From positions 11,569 to 75,568 of the forward strand of contig SKQO01000020.1 in NCBI GenBank assembly GCA_007118975.1: a stretch of 64,000 bases of DNA, read 5' to 3'. The position numbers were made by a program, and so were the translations under genes. The DNA comes from Halobacteriales archaeon (GTDB lineage: Archaea; Halobacteriota; Halobacteria; Halobacteriales; SKNY01). The notes beneath the pieces were generated by a model. The model had not been told where the DNA came from, did no database searches, and saw only the letters and a program-made list of their open reading frames with translations. How positions within the stretch are numbered: the stretch's first letter is position 1; the number at the start of each line of letters is the position of its first letter. Positions 11,696 to 21,688 of this stretch are shown here, piece after piece.

Positions 11696-11844
11696 CGAGC
11701 GGACGCGATCGATCCCTGATCGCGACCAGTGCGGCGAAGCATAGCAGAGCCGGTCGACGGGCTTGTTCTCTTTGAGAGAGGGGGCTGAGAGCAGCTCCGC
11801 TCGGGTTTTGAACGATACCTGAGGAACACGTGGTGTCGGTGAGC

Positions 11845-12120
11845 TCAGATCTCGATGTATTGTGCTTCCCACTCGCGTCGCGCTTCGATTTCTCGGTCAC
11901 CGCGGCGCGTCACGGTATAATAGTTCGTTCGACGGTCGCGCTGTCCCTTCTCCACCAGTCCTTTCTCGACGAGGGTATCCAGATTGGGGTAGAGACGACC
12001 GTGGTGGATCTCGCGCTCGTAGTACTCCTCGAGTTCGTCCTTGATCGCGAGTCCGTGCGGCTCGTCCTCGCCCGCGATGACGTACAACAGATCCCGCTGA
12101 AAGCCTGTCAGGTCGTGCAT
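11845..12120 (-). CDS. PadR family transcriptional regulator
   Basis: 91 aa. 'FQRDLLYVIAGEDEPHGLAIKDELEEYY...GRLYPNLDTLVEKGLV' is a typical PadR winged helix. Confidence 0.85.
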   Translation of the reverse strand: MHDLTGFQRDLLYVIAGEDEPHGLAIKDELEEYYEREIHHGRLYPNLDTLVEKGLVEKGQRDRRTNYYTVTRRGDREIEARREWEAQYIEI

Positions 12121-12372
12121 TGGAGATGATCGCTTCAGTCTTTGTGTCGACTTACAATAAAGTTACCGGGATCGGACAGTTATGGTGAGAGAATGCCTGG
12201 CCCAATCCCGTAGACACCTCGAAAGGGCGGCTCTTGCTGGTGTGATCGGGCAACGGCCATATTTATCATCTGAAGGTCATAATCGGCACTCGCCGGATCC
12301 GCCGAATGCTATAACGACTGACACTTATCCGATCCATCAATGTAGTTACTCGGTGGTTAAACATGAAAGGAA

Positions 12373-12459
12373 AGCGACCGACGCGACAACTGTCGCGTTG
12401 GTCGCTTGCCGCCCTGAATTGGTCCCCGCTGACGCTTCGGCCCTCCAAGCGAAGCGTCA
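12373..12459. other. two strong stem-loops in the folD-padR intergenic region
   Basis: Hairpin 1 pairs 12373-12387 with 12392-12406: 15 bp with one G.U and a 4-nt loop. Hairpin 2 pairs 12430-12439 with 12450-12459: 10 perfect bp with a 10-nt loop. Confidence 0.5.
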
Positions 12460-12505
12460 CTTGAAAATTGAGCGAGTACCGACTATAAATCTAACGGAGA
12501 CCCGG

Positions 12506-13426
12506 TTATGGCAGGGCCACGCGCACGTCGTGTTGTTCGCCCGCGGCGAGCACCGTGTTATATAACAGCATCGCGATAGTCATGGGCCCCACCCCACCGG
12601 GGACAGGGGTGATATACTCGGCCTTCGCCTCGGCGGAGTCGAATTCGACGTCACCGACGAGCTCATACCCTTTCTCGTTATCCGCATCGACGCGGTTGAC
12701 ACCGACGTCGATCACGGTGACGCCGTCGGTGAGCATGTCGCCTGTGATCAGCTCGGGGGCGCCAGCCGCAGCGATCACGATGTCCGCCCGCCGGGTGTGG
12801 GCGGCGAGATCCGTCGTCCGCGAGTGGCAGACGGTAACAGTGGCGTTCCCGTCTGCGTTCTTCTGTAACAACAGGTTCGCCAGGGGTTTTCCGACGATCT
12901 GGGAGCGACCGACGATGACGACATCCTTTCCTTCCGTGTCCACACCCACCGATTCTAGAAGCTTGAGAACACCGTGGGGAGTACACGGGCGAAACCGCGC
13001 CTCGCCGGCGACGAGGCGGCCGACGTTGAACGGATGAAAGCCATCCACGTCCTTGGCCGGATCGATCGCTTCGAGGACCGTGGATTCATCGACATGATCC
13101 GGGACCGGCATCTGCACGAGGATCCCGTTGACCTCCGGATCGTCGTTCAGTTCCGCGATCGTCTCGTAGAGTTCTTCGGCCGGGGCATCGGCGGCGAGTT
13201 CCACGTGAATCCCGTTGATCCCGACCTCCTCGCACGCATGCTGTTTCATACTGACGTACGTTTCGCTCGCCGGGTCGTCGCTCATCAGCACGGTCGCGAG
13301 GCCGGGAGTGACGCCCGCGTCTCCCAGGGCGTCGATCGCCTCCCCGAGACCGCCACGAATCTCCGCCGCGACCGCGTTGCCGTCGATGACCGTTGCCATA
13401 TGCGTGACGGCGAACTCCGCGACCAT
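12506..13426 (-). CDS. folD: bifunctional methylenetetrahydrofolate dehydrogenase/cyclohydrolase
   Basis: It has FolD-like 'YVSMKQHACEEVGI', 'GILVQMPVP' and 'VVIVGRSQIVGKPLANLL...ATVTVCHSRT'. The likely true start is Met at 13399 ('MATVIDG'). Confidence 0.93.
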   Translation of the reverse strand: MVAEFAVTHMATVIDGNAVAAEIRGGLGEAIDALGDAGVTPGLATVLMSDDPASETYVSMKQHACEEVGINGIHVELAADAPAEELYETIAELNDDPEVNGILVQMPVPDHVDESTVLEAIDPAKDVDGFHPFNVGRLVAGEARFRPCTPHGVLKLLESVGVDTEGKDVVIVGRSQIVGKPLANLLLQKNADGNATVTVCHSRTTDLAAHTRRADIVIAAAGAPELITGDMLTDGVTVIDVGVNRVDADNEKGYELVGDVEFDSAEAKAEYITPVPGGVGPMTIAMLLYNTVLAAGEQHDVRVALP

Positions 13427-13452
13427 TAATGATCGCGTTGCCTGACCCCGTC

Positions 13453-14244
13453 TTACTGGAACCGTTCGATCGATTCAACCAGGGGATGGCGTGCGTAGTC
13501 GACGATCGAAATGTCGGCAATCGTGGAGAGGCCCTCCGCAGCCGCCGTCCGCTCCATTCCCAGTTCGATATCCTCGTCAACGACAATCACGTAGGCGTCC
13601 ATCCTCGCAATATCGAGTCGCCTGGCCGCGAGTACCCGGTGGTGCCCATCCGCAAGGAGCAACCGATCGCCGAGGTCGATCACCACGAGGGGTTCGGCCA
13701 GGCCCTGTTTGAGCTCGTAGACACGTCCCTCCAGCTCGTCGGCGTAGACTTTTGCCTGGGTCGGAATGAGGTCAGCCACCGTTACCTCCCGACGCTCTTC
13801 GGTCAGTTTGATCTCGTGGATGTTCTCGAGCGTCCGACGGAGCTTGCCCACCTTCTCGGGTGTCGCGCGCTCGATCTGGCTTCGGATCACGTCCGTATTG
13901 CTGATGATGCCGACCAGCTTTCCGTCGTCGTTGACAACCGGTAATTTCTGTACCCCCGATCGTAGTATGACGCGGGCTGCATCATTGACCCGCATATCGG
14001 GATGGGCCACGATGAGATCCTGGTTCATCACCTCCCGGACCGTGGCCCCCGCGTCGATCAACAGCAAGTCCCGGGCGCTCACGAATCCCTCCACGTGGCC
14101 GTTCCGGGCGACCGGGAACCCGCTGTGTTCGTCCGTTTCGGCGATTCGCTCGGCGACACTCCCGACGGTATCCGTCGGTGCGACGGTCTCCACGTCCCGG
14201 GTCATGTACTCCCGGACTCGCACACGACGGTCGCCGGTGTTCAT
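13453..14244 (-). CDS. CBS-pair domain protein with C-terminal ParB/Srx-like domain
   Basis: The N-terminal ~125 aa form two CBS repeats ('MTRDVETV...', 'VMNQDLIVAHPD...VVNDDGKLVGIIS'). The C-terminus is ParB-like ('LIPTQ...', 'LADGHHRVLAARR'). Confidence 0.8.
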   Translation of the reverse strand: MNTGDRRVRVREYMTRDVETVAPTDTVGSVAERIAETDEHSGFPVARNGHVEGFVSARDLLLIDAGATVREVMNQDLIVAHPDMRVNDAARVILRSGVQKLPVVNDDGKLVGIISNTDVIRSQIERATPEKVGKLRRTLENIHEIKLTEERREVTVADLIPTQAKVYADELEGRVYELKQGLAEPLVVIDLGDRLLLADGHHRVLAARRLDIARMDAYVIVVDEDIELGMERTAAAEGLSTIADISIVDYARHPLVESIERFQ

Positions 14245-14292
14245 GAAAGAACCTCGGTCCCGGGCGGGTAAAACCTGCGTGGATAGTCCCGC

Positions 14293-15738
14293 TCAACGGA
14301 AGGAGCCCACGCCAAATCGAATCTCGATCGCGTCCCGAGCGGCCTCGAAGAACCGTCCCTCGATCACGTCCCTGACGGTCTCGATGCGTTCTTCGTCCTC
14401 GCCTGCGCCCTCCGCCAGCACGCCGAGGGGGATCTGTGCCCCGGCCATATCCACGTGGCCGCCGGCACTCCCGATCGGCGAGAAGGCATCCCGCATCACG
14501 AGTGACAGGTCGATCCCCGCGGGCGCAGCACGTGCTCGCCCGGACGCGTACACGGTGTCGCCGTCCAGGCCGTAAATTAACACGATATGGACGGACTCGA
14601 GCTGTACCATGAGTTCAGCAGCCTGCGCGAGGGCATCCTTTTCCCGGCAAGTTCCCACACACGACGCCAGGACGGGTCCCTCGACGGTACGGTTGGAAAT
14701 CGCACGCGCAAGGATCTCCATCGTGGTCTCGCTGACCGCCGGGGTCGCGATTCGCCGCAGCTGGTCGTGATCGACGTGTGGCCACACGTGACCCGCAGCC
14801 TCCAGATCGAGCGGGGTCACGTGTCGCGAGAAGTTCCTCGTGTCGGTTTGCATACCATAGAGGAGCGCCGTCGCCAGGGCCTCGTCGATCTCGATGACGA
14901 ACTGACGGAGGTACTCGACGAGCATCGTACTCGTCGAACCGAGGCCTTCCCGGATATCGACGTACGAAGCATCGACCGGGCCGCTCGGGCGGTGGTGGTC
15001 GAACACGAGTGAGATGTCGGTCTCCGGCGGCAACGAGTCGTTGATCCCCGGAATGGCGTGATCGACCAGGGCGATGCCGGCGACGTCAGGCACGCCCATC
15101 TCCGGGTTGAGCGGTTCGAGGCCCAGATCGAGCGTATTGATGAGCGCCCTGTTCGACTGGTGGGTGATCTCGCCGAAGTAGTAGGCGGTCGCCGGGACAT
15201 CGAGTCGTTCGGCCAGCCGGACCAGTGCCGTTGCACTCGCGATGGCATCCGGATCGGGATTGTCGTGGGTCAGGACGGCGAGCGATCCCTCGAGCCCCTG
15301 GAGGACGTCCTTGACGCGAAGCGCTCGCACAGCTGCCGGGCTACTGGCGGCATCAATGAACCTGTCACTCGTCGTCTCAAGTGCGTCGACGAGATGATCA
15401 GCCAGCCCCCGCAGACGCTCCCGTTCGTTCGGCGTGGCCGCGGCCGGGCAGAACGCGACGATCCGGACGGTGGGGAAGACGACGGTTGCCCGCTGGGCAA
15501 TCTCGAGCACCCGGCGGGGGTCATCGTGGGCCACAAAGATCACCGGTGGTCGGGGGAGGTCCCCCAGTGTGGCGCGATCGCTCGGGTCGGCCTGACGGAC
15601 TGACAGCGCGCGTGGACTCAGTAACTCGATGGCATCCTCGTTGTCGGTTACGACGAGCAGATCCTGCGTGTCCAGCCCTTCAATGCGGAGGAGTTCCGCG
15701 ACAGGGTTCGCCCAGCCGAGCACGACCCCTGTGACCAT
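14293..15738 (-). CDS. DHH/DHHA1 family phosphoesterase with N-terminal Rossmann-like domain
   Basis: DHH motifs are present ('THDNPDPDAIASA', 'LVDHA', 'VFDHHRP'), plus a DHHA1 motif 'GSAGGHVDMAGAQ'. It lies 48 bp upstream of the CBS-ParB gene on the same strand. Confidence 0.8.
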   Translation of the reverse strand: MVTGVVLGWANPVAELLRIEGLDTQDLLVVTDNEDAIELLSPRALSVRQADPSDRATLGDLPRPPVIFVAHDDPRRVLEIAQRATVVFPTVRIVAFCPAAATPNERERLRGLADHLVDALETTSDRFIDAASSPAAVRALRVKDVLQGLEGSLAVLTHDNPDPDAIASATALVRLAERLDVPATAYYFGEITHQSNRALINTLDLGLEPLNPEMGVPDVAGIALVDHAIPGINDSLPPETDISLVFDHHRPSGPVDASYVDIREGLGSTSTMLVEYLRQFVIEIDEALATALLYGMQTDTRNFSRHVTPLDLEAAGHVWPHVDHDQLRRIATPAVSETTMEILARAISNRTVEGPVLASCVGTCREKDALAQAAELMVQLESVHIVLIYGLDGDTVYASGRARAAPAGIDLSLVMRDAFSPIGSAGGHVDMAGAQIPLGVLAEGAGEDEERIETVRDVIEGRFFEAARDAIEIRFGVGSFR

Positions 15739-15795
15739 GGCATGCGGTGCCCGTTCGGGCGAGAAAAACCTACCGTCGCAGGATCGGATCGCTGT

Positions 15796-17292
15796 TCAGG
15801 CGAACAGATCGACGGCCGCGATTTGGGCGGTTTCGGCCACCGCGAAGAACGCCGGGAGGAGTACAACGGTCAACAGTGCGGCCAGCACGATCGCGGTGTA
15901 CAGGCCCACCGGGTACTCGTCTACGACCCGCGTACTCGGCGGTGACTCGATCCAGATCGCCTTGAGCAATCGTGCGTAATAGAACAGGGAGAGGGCGCTC
16001 ACGACGGCACCGACCGCAGCCAGCCACCAGAATCCTGCACTGACAGCGCCCATGAAGAGCACGTACTTCGAGAGGAACCCACCGCCGACTGGGAGGCCGG
16101 CGAGGCTCAAGAGCACGACCGTCACTGCCACGCAGGCGATCGGCGCCTGCGTCGCGAGGCCGTTGTAATCCTCAAACGTCCGGCCGACGCCCCAGTGCTC
16201 GCCCAGGGCGACGAAGAGGAACGCACCCGTGTTCATGAAGCCGTAGACGAGCAGGTGCATCATCGCCGCCGCGAGCACCAGGTCGTTGGTTCCACCCGGA
16301 TTGGTGAGCGCCGCAAGACCGATCAGCGCGTAGCCGGCGTGGCCAATGGACGAGTAGGCCAACATCCGCTTTACGTTCTCCTGTACTGCCGCTGCGAAGT
16401 TCCCGAGCAGCATGGTCGCGACTGCGATCACCTGGATCATCAATACCCAGTCGATCCCCAGTTCGAGGAGCACCTCGTAGGGGAATGCCTCAATGAGCAC
16501 CCGAAACGCGATCACGAACCCCGCGGCCTTCGATGCCGAGGAAATGAACGCACTGATCGGGGTGGGTGCCCCCTCGTAGGCCTCCGGTGCCCAGAAGTGG
16601 AACGGCACGCTGGCAGTCTTGAACGCAAATCCGAGAATCAGCAGGACGACGCCGAAGCCGAGGATGGCGACGTTTTCGATCTCACCGACGGTTCCGGCAA
16701 TCGCGGTCAGCTGCAAGACCCCCGTCTCGACGTACACCAAGCTGATCCCGTAGAGGAAAATCGTAGACGACAGCGCGCCCAGGAGGAAGTATTTCAGACC
16801 GGCCTCGACGCTGCCGCGGTTCCGCTTGAGATAGCTGACGAGCGCATACGACGGCAGGCTCGCGAGCTCGAGCGCGATGAACACCATGACCAGGCTGTTC
16901 GCACTTGCCATCAACGCCATCCCTGTCGTCGCCAGCAACAGGAGCGAATAGTACTCGCCCTGGTGTGGCTGTGCACGTACGTAATCGTAGCTTGCCACGA
17001 TCACGAGGGAGGCGACGGCGGTGAAGATCACCGTAAAGAACAGTGCCATGCCGTCGACGACCAGCTGATCCCAGAAGAGGACGATCTCCCCGCCGTGCTG
17101 CCCGGTACCGGCCGCGAGGTACCAGATGGCGATCGCCATCGCCGTCACGGTCCCCGCGACGGAAATACCCGAGAGCAGCTGTGGATGCTCTCGCTCGGGA
17201 TAGATGCTGTCCACGATGTACAGCACCATCGCCGTTATCACCAGCACGAGCATCGGCGCAATCGCCGTCCATGGAGCCAGCTGATACGTCAT
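15796..17292 (-). CDS. nuoN: NADH-quinone oxidoreductase subunit N
   Basis: 498-aa polytopic antiporter-like protein at the end of the nuo operon. It overlaps nuoM by 4 nt. Confidence 0.9.
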   Translation of the reverse strand: MTYQLAPWTAIAPMLVLVITAMVLYIVDSIYPEREHPQLLSGISVAGTVTAMAIAIWYLAAGTGQHGGEIVLFWDQLVVDGMALFFTVIFTAVASLVIVASYDYVRAQPHQGEYYSLLLLATTGMALMASANSLVMVFIALELASLPSYALVSYLKRNRGSVEAGLKYFLLGALSSTIFLYGISLVYVETGVLQLTAIAGTVGEIENVAILGFGVVLLILGFAFKTASVPFHFWAPEAYEGAPTPISAFISSASKAAGFVIAFRVLIEAFPYEVLLELGIDWVLMIQVIAVATMLLGNFAAAVQENVKRMLAYSSIGHAGYALIGLAALTNPGGTNDLVLAAAMMHLLVYGFMNTGAFLFVALGEHWGVGRTFEDYNGLATQAPIACVAVTVVLLSLAGLPVGGGFLSKYVLFMGAVSAGFWWLAAVGAVVSALSLFYYARLLKAIWIESPPSTRVVDEYPVGLYTAIVLAALLTVVLLPAFFAVAETAQIAAVDLFA

Positions 17293-18818
17293 GTGTCACC
17301 TCCCAGGGCCGCCACCGGATCGGCAGCGTCCTGAATCATCGTCACGAAGATGTCCGGATCGACACCGAGCAGGATGATCAGGGCCAGCAGGACGAACAAC
17401 GGCGCGATGTCCTGAATCGGGGCACGGCCGAGTGGTTCGTCCGTCTCGAGGCGGAACGGCCCGAACAGGGACTGCTGCATCGCCCAGAGCAGGTAGCCGG
17501 CCACGATCACGATCCCGAACATCGCGACGGCAGTCACCAGCGGCGCCGATGGCACGACCGTGGACTCGAATGCGCCATAGAATATCATGAATTCGGCGGC
17601 AAAACCGGACATTAAGGGCAGGCCCATGTACGCGAACGCACCGGCCACGAACACGCCGACGACGACCGGCATCCGGTCGGCCAGTCCCGCCATGTCACCG
17701 ACCATCCGGGTGTGGGTTTGGTTGTAGATCACGCCGACGACCATGAACATCAGCCCGGAAATGAGTCCGTGACTGATCATCTGGAAGGTCGCCCCACCGA
17801 CCCCGTAGGTGGTGTAGGCAACGAGCCCCAGGATCACGTAGCCCATCGAGGAGATCGATGAGTACGCGACGATGCGCTTGAGATCGGACTGTGCGAGCGC
17901 CAGCATGGCCCCGTAGATGACCGAGATGACGGCCAAGATCGCGATCGGGACCGCCAGCTGCTGGGCGACGTCGTCGAACATCGTGAAGTTGAACCGCAAC
18001 AGCGCGTAGGTGCCCATCTTCAGGAGAACGCCGGCCAGCAGCACGGACACCGGTGAGGGCGCCTCGACGTGGGCGTCGGGGAGCCAGGTGTGGACCGGCA
18101 CCATCGGCACTTTCACCGCGAATCCCGCGAAGATCGCCAGGAACGCTGCCAGCTTCAACGTCGCGGCGTCGAGCCCCGCGAGTGCACCGAGCTGTCCGTC
18201 GTGTAGCGCCGCCGTGATCTCCGGCATGCCGAACGTCGCCACGGCGTCGCCCAGCCCGAACACGATGGCGACGAAGCCGATGAACATCGCGAGGGAGGCG
18301 ACGTTCGTGTAGACGAAGAACTTGATCGCGGCGTACTTCCGACGGGGGCCACCCCAGATCCCGATCAACAGATACATCGGAATCAGGACGACCTCCCAGA
18401 AGACGAACCAGAGGATGAAATCGAGCGCGACGAAGACCCCGATCAGCCCCGTCTCGAGTATCAGTATCAGCCCGTAAAACTGGGACTCGCGTTCGTCGAT
18501 CGGTGTCCACGCGCTGACGATCGCCAGCGTGGCGAGGATCGTGGCAAGAACCAACAGCGGGAGGCTGATCCCGTCCACGCCGACCCACCATTCGATGGCG
18601 TACGGCTGGAGGTCGATCCAGATGGCCCGCGTTTCGAAGGCGGGGTCTCCCCCGAGGAAGATGTTCCCGACCGCCTCGAACCGGTGGTACAACCAGAGGC
18701 TGATTCCGAGGGGCAGCAGGCTAATGGCAAAGGCGAGGCGCCCAGCATATCGGTTCGGACTCGCGAAGACGACGAGCGCGCCGACCAGCGTGACGAGTAG
18801 CATCGCTTCGATCAACAT
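17289..18818 (-). CDS. nuoM: NADH-quinone oxidoreductase subunit M
   Basis: 509-aa antiporter-like membrane protein ('VPMVPVHTWLPDAHVEAP'). Confidence 0.9.
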   Translation of the reverse strand: MLIEAMLLVTLVGALVVFASPNRYAGRLAFAISLLPLGISLWLYHRFEAVGNIFLGGDPAFETRAIWIDLQPYAIEWWVGVDGISLPLLVLATILATLAIVSAWTPIDERESQFYGLILILETGLIGVFVALDFILWFVFWEVVLIPMYLLIGIWGGPRRKYAAIKFFVYTNVASLAMFIGFVAIVFGLGDAVATFGMPEITAALHDGQLGALAGLDAATLKLAAFLAIFAGFAVKVPMVPVHTWLPDAHVEAPSPVSVLLAGVLLKMGTYALLRFNFTMFDDVAQQLAVPIAILAVISVIYGAMLALAQSDLKRIVAYSSISSMGYVILGLVAYTTYGVGGATFQMISHGLISGLMFMVVGVIYNQTHTRMVGDMAGLADRMPVVVGVFVAGAFAYMGLPLMSGFAAEFMIFYGAFESTVVPSAPLVTAVAMFGIVIVAGYLLWAMQQSLFGPFRLETDEPLGRAPIQDIAPLFVLLALIILLGVDPDIFVTMIQDAADPVAALGGDT

Positions 18819-20819
18819 TCAGAACCACCCCCCGTACACGGCAAAGAGCAGGAGCAACGCGACGATGGAAGCAGCCATAAGTGCCGCGTAGTTCGTGACG
18901 ATTCCTCGCTGGAGTCGGCGGACACGGCTACCGGCGCGCAGACTGACGGTGCTGATGCCGTTGACCGTCCCGTCGATGACGATCTGGTCGAACGAGTCCG
19001 CCGCCCTGGCCAGCCGGGCAGTGAACCCTTCGGCAAGCCACACCTGGAACTCGTCTTGGTAGTAGTTCGCGCGCACCAGGTCGTACGCCCCGCCCAGTCG
19101 CTTAACCGGTTCGGTCGGCTCCGCGACCGCATACGTCCGATAGCCCAGTGCTGCTCCTGCCACCGCCAGGACTAGTGCGATGATCGCGGGTAGCAACGGC
19201 CCGATATCGGCATAGGAGAAGCCGGCGACCTCGGTGACGAGGGTCGTATACGTCCCGTATGCCGTGGTCTCGAATCCGGCATCGAGCCAGGTTTCGAGGT
19301 ACAAGATGTCCAGGTCGGCGACGACCGCAACCGGTTTCATGTTGATGAGTCCCGCGACGGTTGCCAGCACGCCAAGCACCACGAGCGGGAATTTGATCGA
19401 CCAGCCCACGCCGTGCGGCGTGGCGGCGTCGTCGGTGCGCGCTTCCCCGTGAAAGGTCAACGCGACCATCCGAAACGTGTAGAAGCCGGTGAGAAAGACC
19501 GCCGCCAGGGCCATCGCGTAGGCGGCGATGAAGATCGGTGCTTCAGCGCCGAGGAGCAAGGCCTCGAAGAGGACCTCGTCCTTCGACCAGAAGCCGGAAA
19601 ACGGCACGATTCCCGCAAGCGCCAGTGAGCCGGCAAGAAACGTCCAGTAGGTGACCGGGAGATGTTCCTTGAGTCCACCCATCTCCCACATGTTCTGTTT
19701 GTGGTGCATCGCCACGATGACGGACCCGGCACCCAGGAACAGGAGCGCCTTGAAAAAGGCGTGGTTCATCAGGTGGAAGACTGCCGCAACGTAGCCACCG
19801 ACACCCAGCCCGAGCATCATATATCCGTATTGGGAGATGGTCGAATAGGCCAGCACCTGTTTGATGTCGTCTTTCACGACGCCCATCGTCGCGGCGAACA
19901 GGGCGGTAAAGGCGCCGACGAAGGCGATGATCGCCAGCGCTGTCGGCGAGACGGCGTAGAACCCGAACATCCGCGCGACCAGATACACACCGGCCGCAAC
20001 CATCGTCGCAGCGTGGATCAATGCCGAAACCGTCGTGGGTCCTTCCATGGCGTCTGGCAGCCAGGTGTGGAGCGGGAACTGTGCCGACTTCCCGATGACG
20101 CCGCCGAGTACGAGCAGGCCGAGGAGCGTGACCCACTGGCTGGCATCAATTCCCCAGAACGTCTCTCCACCGGCAATGGCGGCCTCCGCGAGCTGTGGGA
20201 AGCCTTCGCTCCCGACGAAGGTTGTCGTGCCGAACGTGGCGAGGATGCCCACGACGCCGATCAGGAAGAAGTAGTCCCCGAATCGTGTCACCAGGAACGC
20301 CTTCTTCTGTGCGCTTGCCGGGGCTCCATCACGGAACCAGAACCCGATGAGGAGATACGAGCACACCCCCACCAGCTCGAAGAAGATGAACGCCATTAGC
20401 AGGTTGTCCGCGTACACGAACGCGAGCATGCTGAACGAAAACAATCCGAGTTCTGCGTAGTAGCGAGGAAGCCCGGTTTCCCCCTCCGCGTTCATGTACC
20501 CGAGACTGAACACGTGCACGAGGAACGAGATCAGGCTCACGACGACGAGCATCAACGCCGACAGCGGATCGAGCAGGATGCCGAACTCGAGGGATACGAC
20601 GTCCTCGCCCGCTATCCACGTGTAGAGCACTTCGTGGTGGACGTGACCCTGCCAGACGGCCGCCGCCACCCACACCGAGACGAGCAATGACGCGCCCGTG
20701 GCCACGATGCCCGGAAGTGCCCCCCGCGTCGGCAGGTACTTCCCGAAGGCCAGGGCGATGACAAACGAGGCCAGCGGGAACAGTGCGATCAACGGCGCGT
20801 ACGTGAATGCTGCGTCCAT
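18819..20819 (-). CDS. nuoL: NADH-quinone oxidoreductase subunit L
   Basis: 666-aa antiporter-like subunit with a long C-terminal extension ('SAQFPLHTWLPDAMEGPT'). Confidence 0.9.
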   Translation of the reverse strand: MDAAFTYAPLIALFPLASFVIALAFGKYLPTRGALPGIVATGASLLVSVWVAAAVWQGHVHHEVLYTWIAGEDVVSLEFGILLDPLSALMLVVVSLISFLVHVFSLGYMNAEGETGLPRYYAELGLFSFSMLAFVYADNLLMAFIFFELVGVCSYLLIGFWFRDGAPASAQKKAFLVTRFGDYFFLIGVVGILATFGTTTFVGSEGFPQLAEAAIAGGETFWGIDASQWVTLLGLLVLGGVIGKSAQFPLHTWLPDAMEGPTTVSALIHAATMVAAGVYLVARMFGFYAVSPTALAIIAFVGAFTALFAATMGVVKDDIKQVLAYSTISQYGYMMLGLGVGGYVAAVFHLMNHAFFKALLFLGAGSVIVAMHHKQNMWEMGGLKEHLPVTYWTFLAGSLALAGIVPFSGFWSKDEVLFEALLLGAEAPIFIAAYAMALAAVFLTGFYTFRMVALTFHGEARTDDAATPHGVGWSIKFPLVVLGVLATVAGLINMKPVAVVADLDILYLETWLDAGFETTAYGTYTTLVTEVAGFSYADIGPLLPAIIALVLAVAGAALGYRTYAVAEPTEPVKRLGGAYDLVRANYYQDEFQVWLAEGFTARLARAADSFDQIVIDGTVNGISTVSLRAGSRVRRLQRGIVTNYAALMAASIVALLLLFAVYGGWF

Positions 20820-20822
20820 TTA

Positions 20823-21128
20823 CTACCACCTCATCGTCGCGGCCCGCGTGACGTCCACGTCGTCGTACTGCCGGTTCAACACCATGATGATCCCGAGTCC
20901 GATGGCCACCTCGGCCGCTGCGAGGGCAATCACGAACAGCGCGAAGGTCTGTCCGGTAAGGTTGCCGTGATACAGCGAAAACGCGACGAGATTGATGTTG
21001 GCCGCATTGAGCATCAACTCGACGCTAATGAGGAACATCAGGGCGTTCCGCCGCGTGAGGACGCCAAACAGTCCGACGCAAAACAGGGCAGCCGAGAGCA
21101 GCAAGTACGCCTCCATAGGTGCTGCCAT
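20823..21128 (-). CDS. nuoK: NADH-quinone oxidoreductase subunit K
   Basis: 101-aa, 3-TM protein in the canonical operon position. Confidence 0.88.
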   Translation of the reverse strand: MAAPMEAYLLLSAALFCVGLFGVLTRRNALMFLISVELMLNAANINLVAFSLYHGNLTGQTFALFVIALAAAEVAIGLGIIMVLNRQYDDVDVTRAATMRW

Positions 21129-21425
21129 TCACCCATCACCCCCCGCTTCGTCGCGGCTCGCGAGGAGGACGGCGCCACTCAACGCGGCATCGAGGACGAC
21201 CGCGATTGCAATCAACGCCACGAGGAATCCCTCGAACTCGATGGTCCCTTCGATGTTGAGCAACGCGAACCCGATGTTCGCAACGATGCTCTCGCCCTCC
21301 GGAAAACCGACCGCATCATCAAATCTCGCCGAGGCGATCATCGCGAGGAAGACAAGGAACAGCGCAACGGCGAGCAGGCCGGGCAACAGGTGGCCACCGA
21401 CGCGCAGCCGCGGGCGCGTGGTCAT
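21129..21425 (-). CDS. nuoJ: NADH-quinone oxidoreductase subunit J, C-terminal part (J2)
   Basis: The ORF was trimmed to the Met at 21425 ('MTTRPRL...'), whose ATG overlaps the stop of the upstream J1 ORF (ATGA). It is hydrophobic and ends in an acidic tail. Confidence 0.7.
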   Translation of the reverse strand: MTTRPRLRVGGHLLPGLLAVALFLVFLAMIASARFDDAVGFPEGESIVANIGFALLNIEGTIEFEGFLVALIAIAVVLDAALSGAVLLASRDEAGGDG

Positions 21426-21688
21426 GATACCGCCTCCTCTGGGCGCCGTCGTCGTGTCAGCATCACGGCGAACGTGATCAATATCAGTACCCCACCGACG
21501 TACACCAGAATTTGAATTGCGGCAATGAACTCCGCCCGCAACATGACGTAATGGATCGCGACGCTGAGGAGCGCGCCCCCGAGAAACAACGCCGCATGCC
21601 ACACGTCGCGGACGAGGACCGCCGCCACGCCCAACCCGATGGTTACCAGCGCGAAGACGGCAAACGCAAACAGCTCAACAATCCCCAT
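21422..21688 (-). CDS. nuoJ: NADH-quinone oxidoreductase subunit J, N-terminal part (J1)
   Basis: 88-aa, 3-TM ORF between nuoI and J2. A split nuoJ is the usual haloarchaeal arrangement. Confidence 0.72.
   Translation of the reverse strand: MGIVELFAFAVFALVTIGLGVAAVLVRDVWHAALFLGGALLSVAIHYVMLRAEFIAAIQILVYVGGVLILITFAVMLTRRRRPEEAVS

Noticed and set aside
16195-17334. Long antisense ORFs across the core. Examples are 16195..17334 + (379 aa), 23397..24761 + (454 aa), 34024..35463 + (479 aa), 30961..32082 - (373 aa), 2270..3274 - (334 aa), 25654..26745 + (363 aa) and 62561..63466 + (301 aa).
   Set aside because: Each lies opposite a gene with clear family motifs. Their products are R/G/P/H-rich low-complexity strings without recognisable domains. 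Such shadow ORFs are expected in >60% G+C DNA because stop codons are rare.
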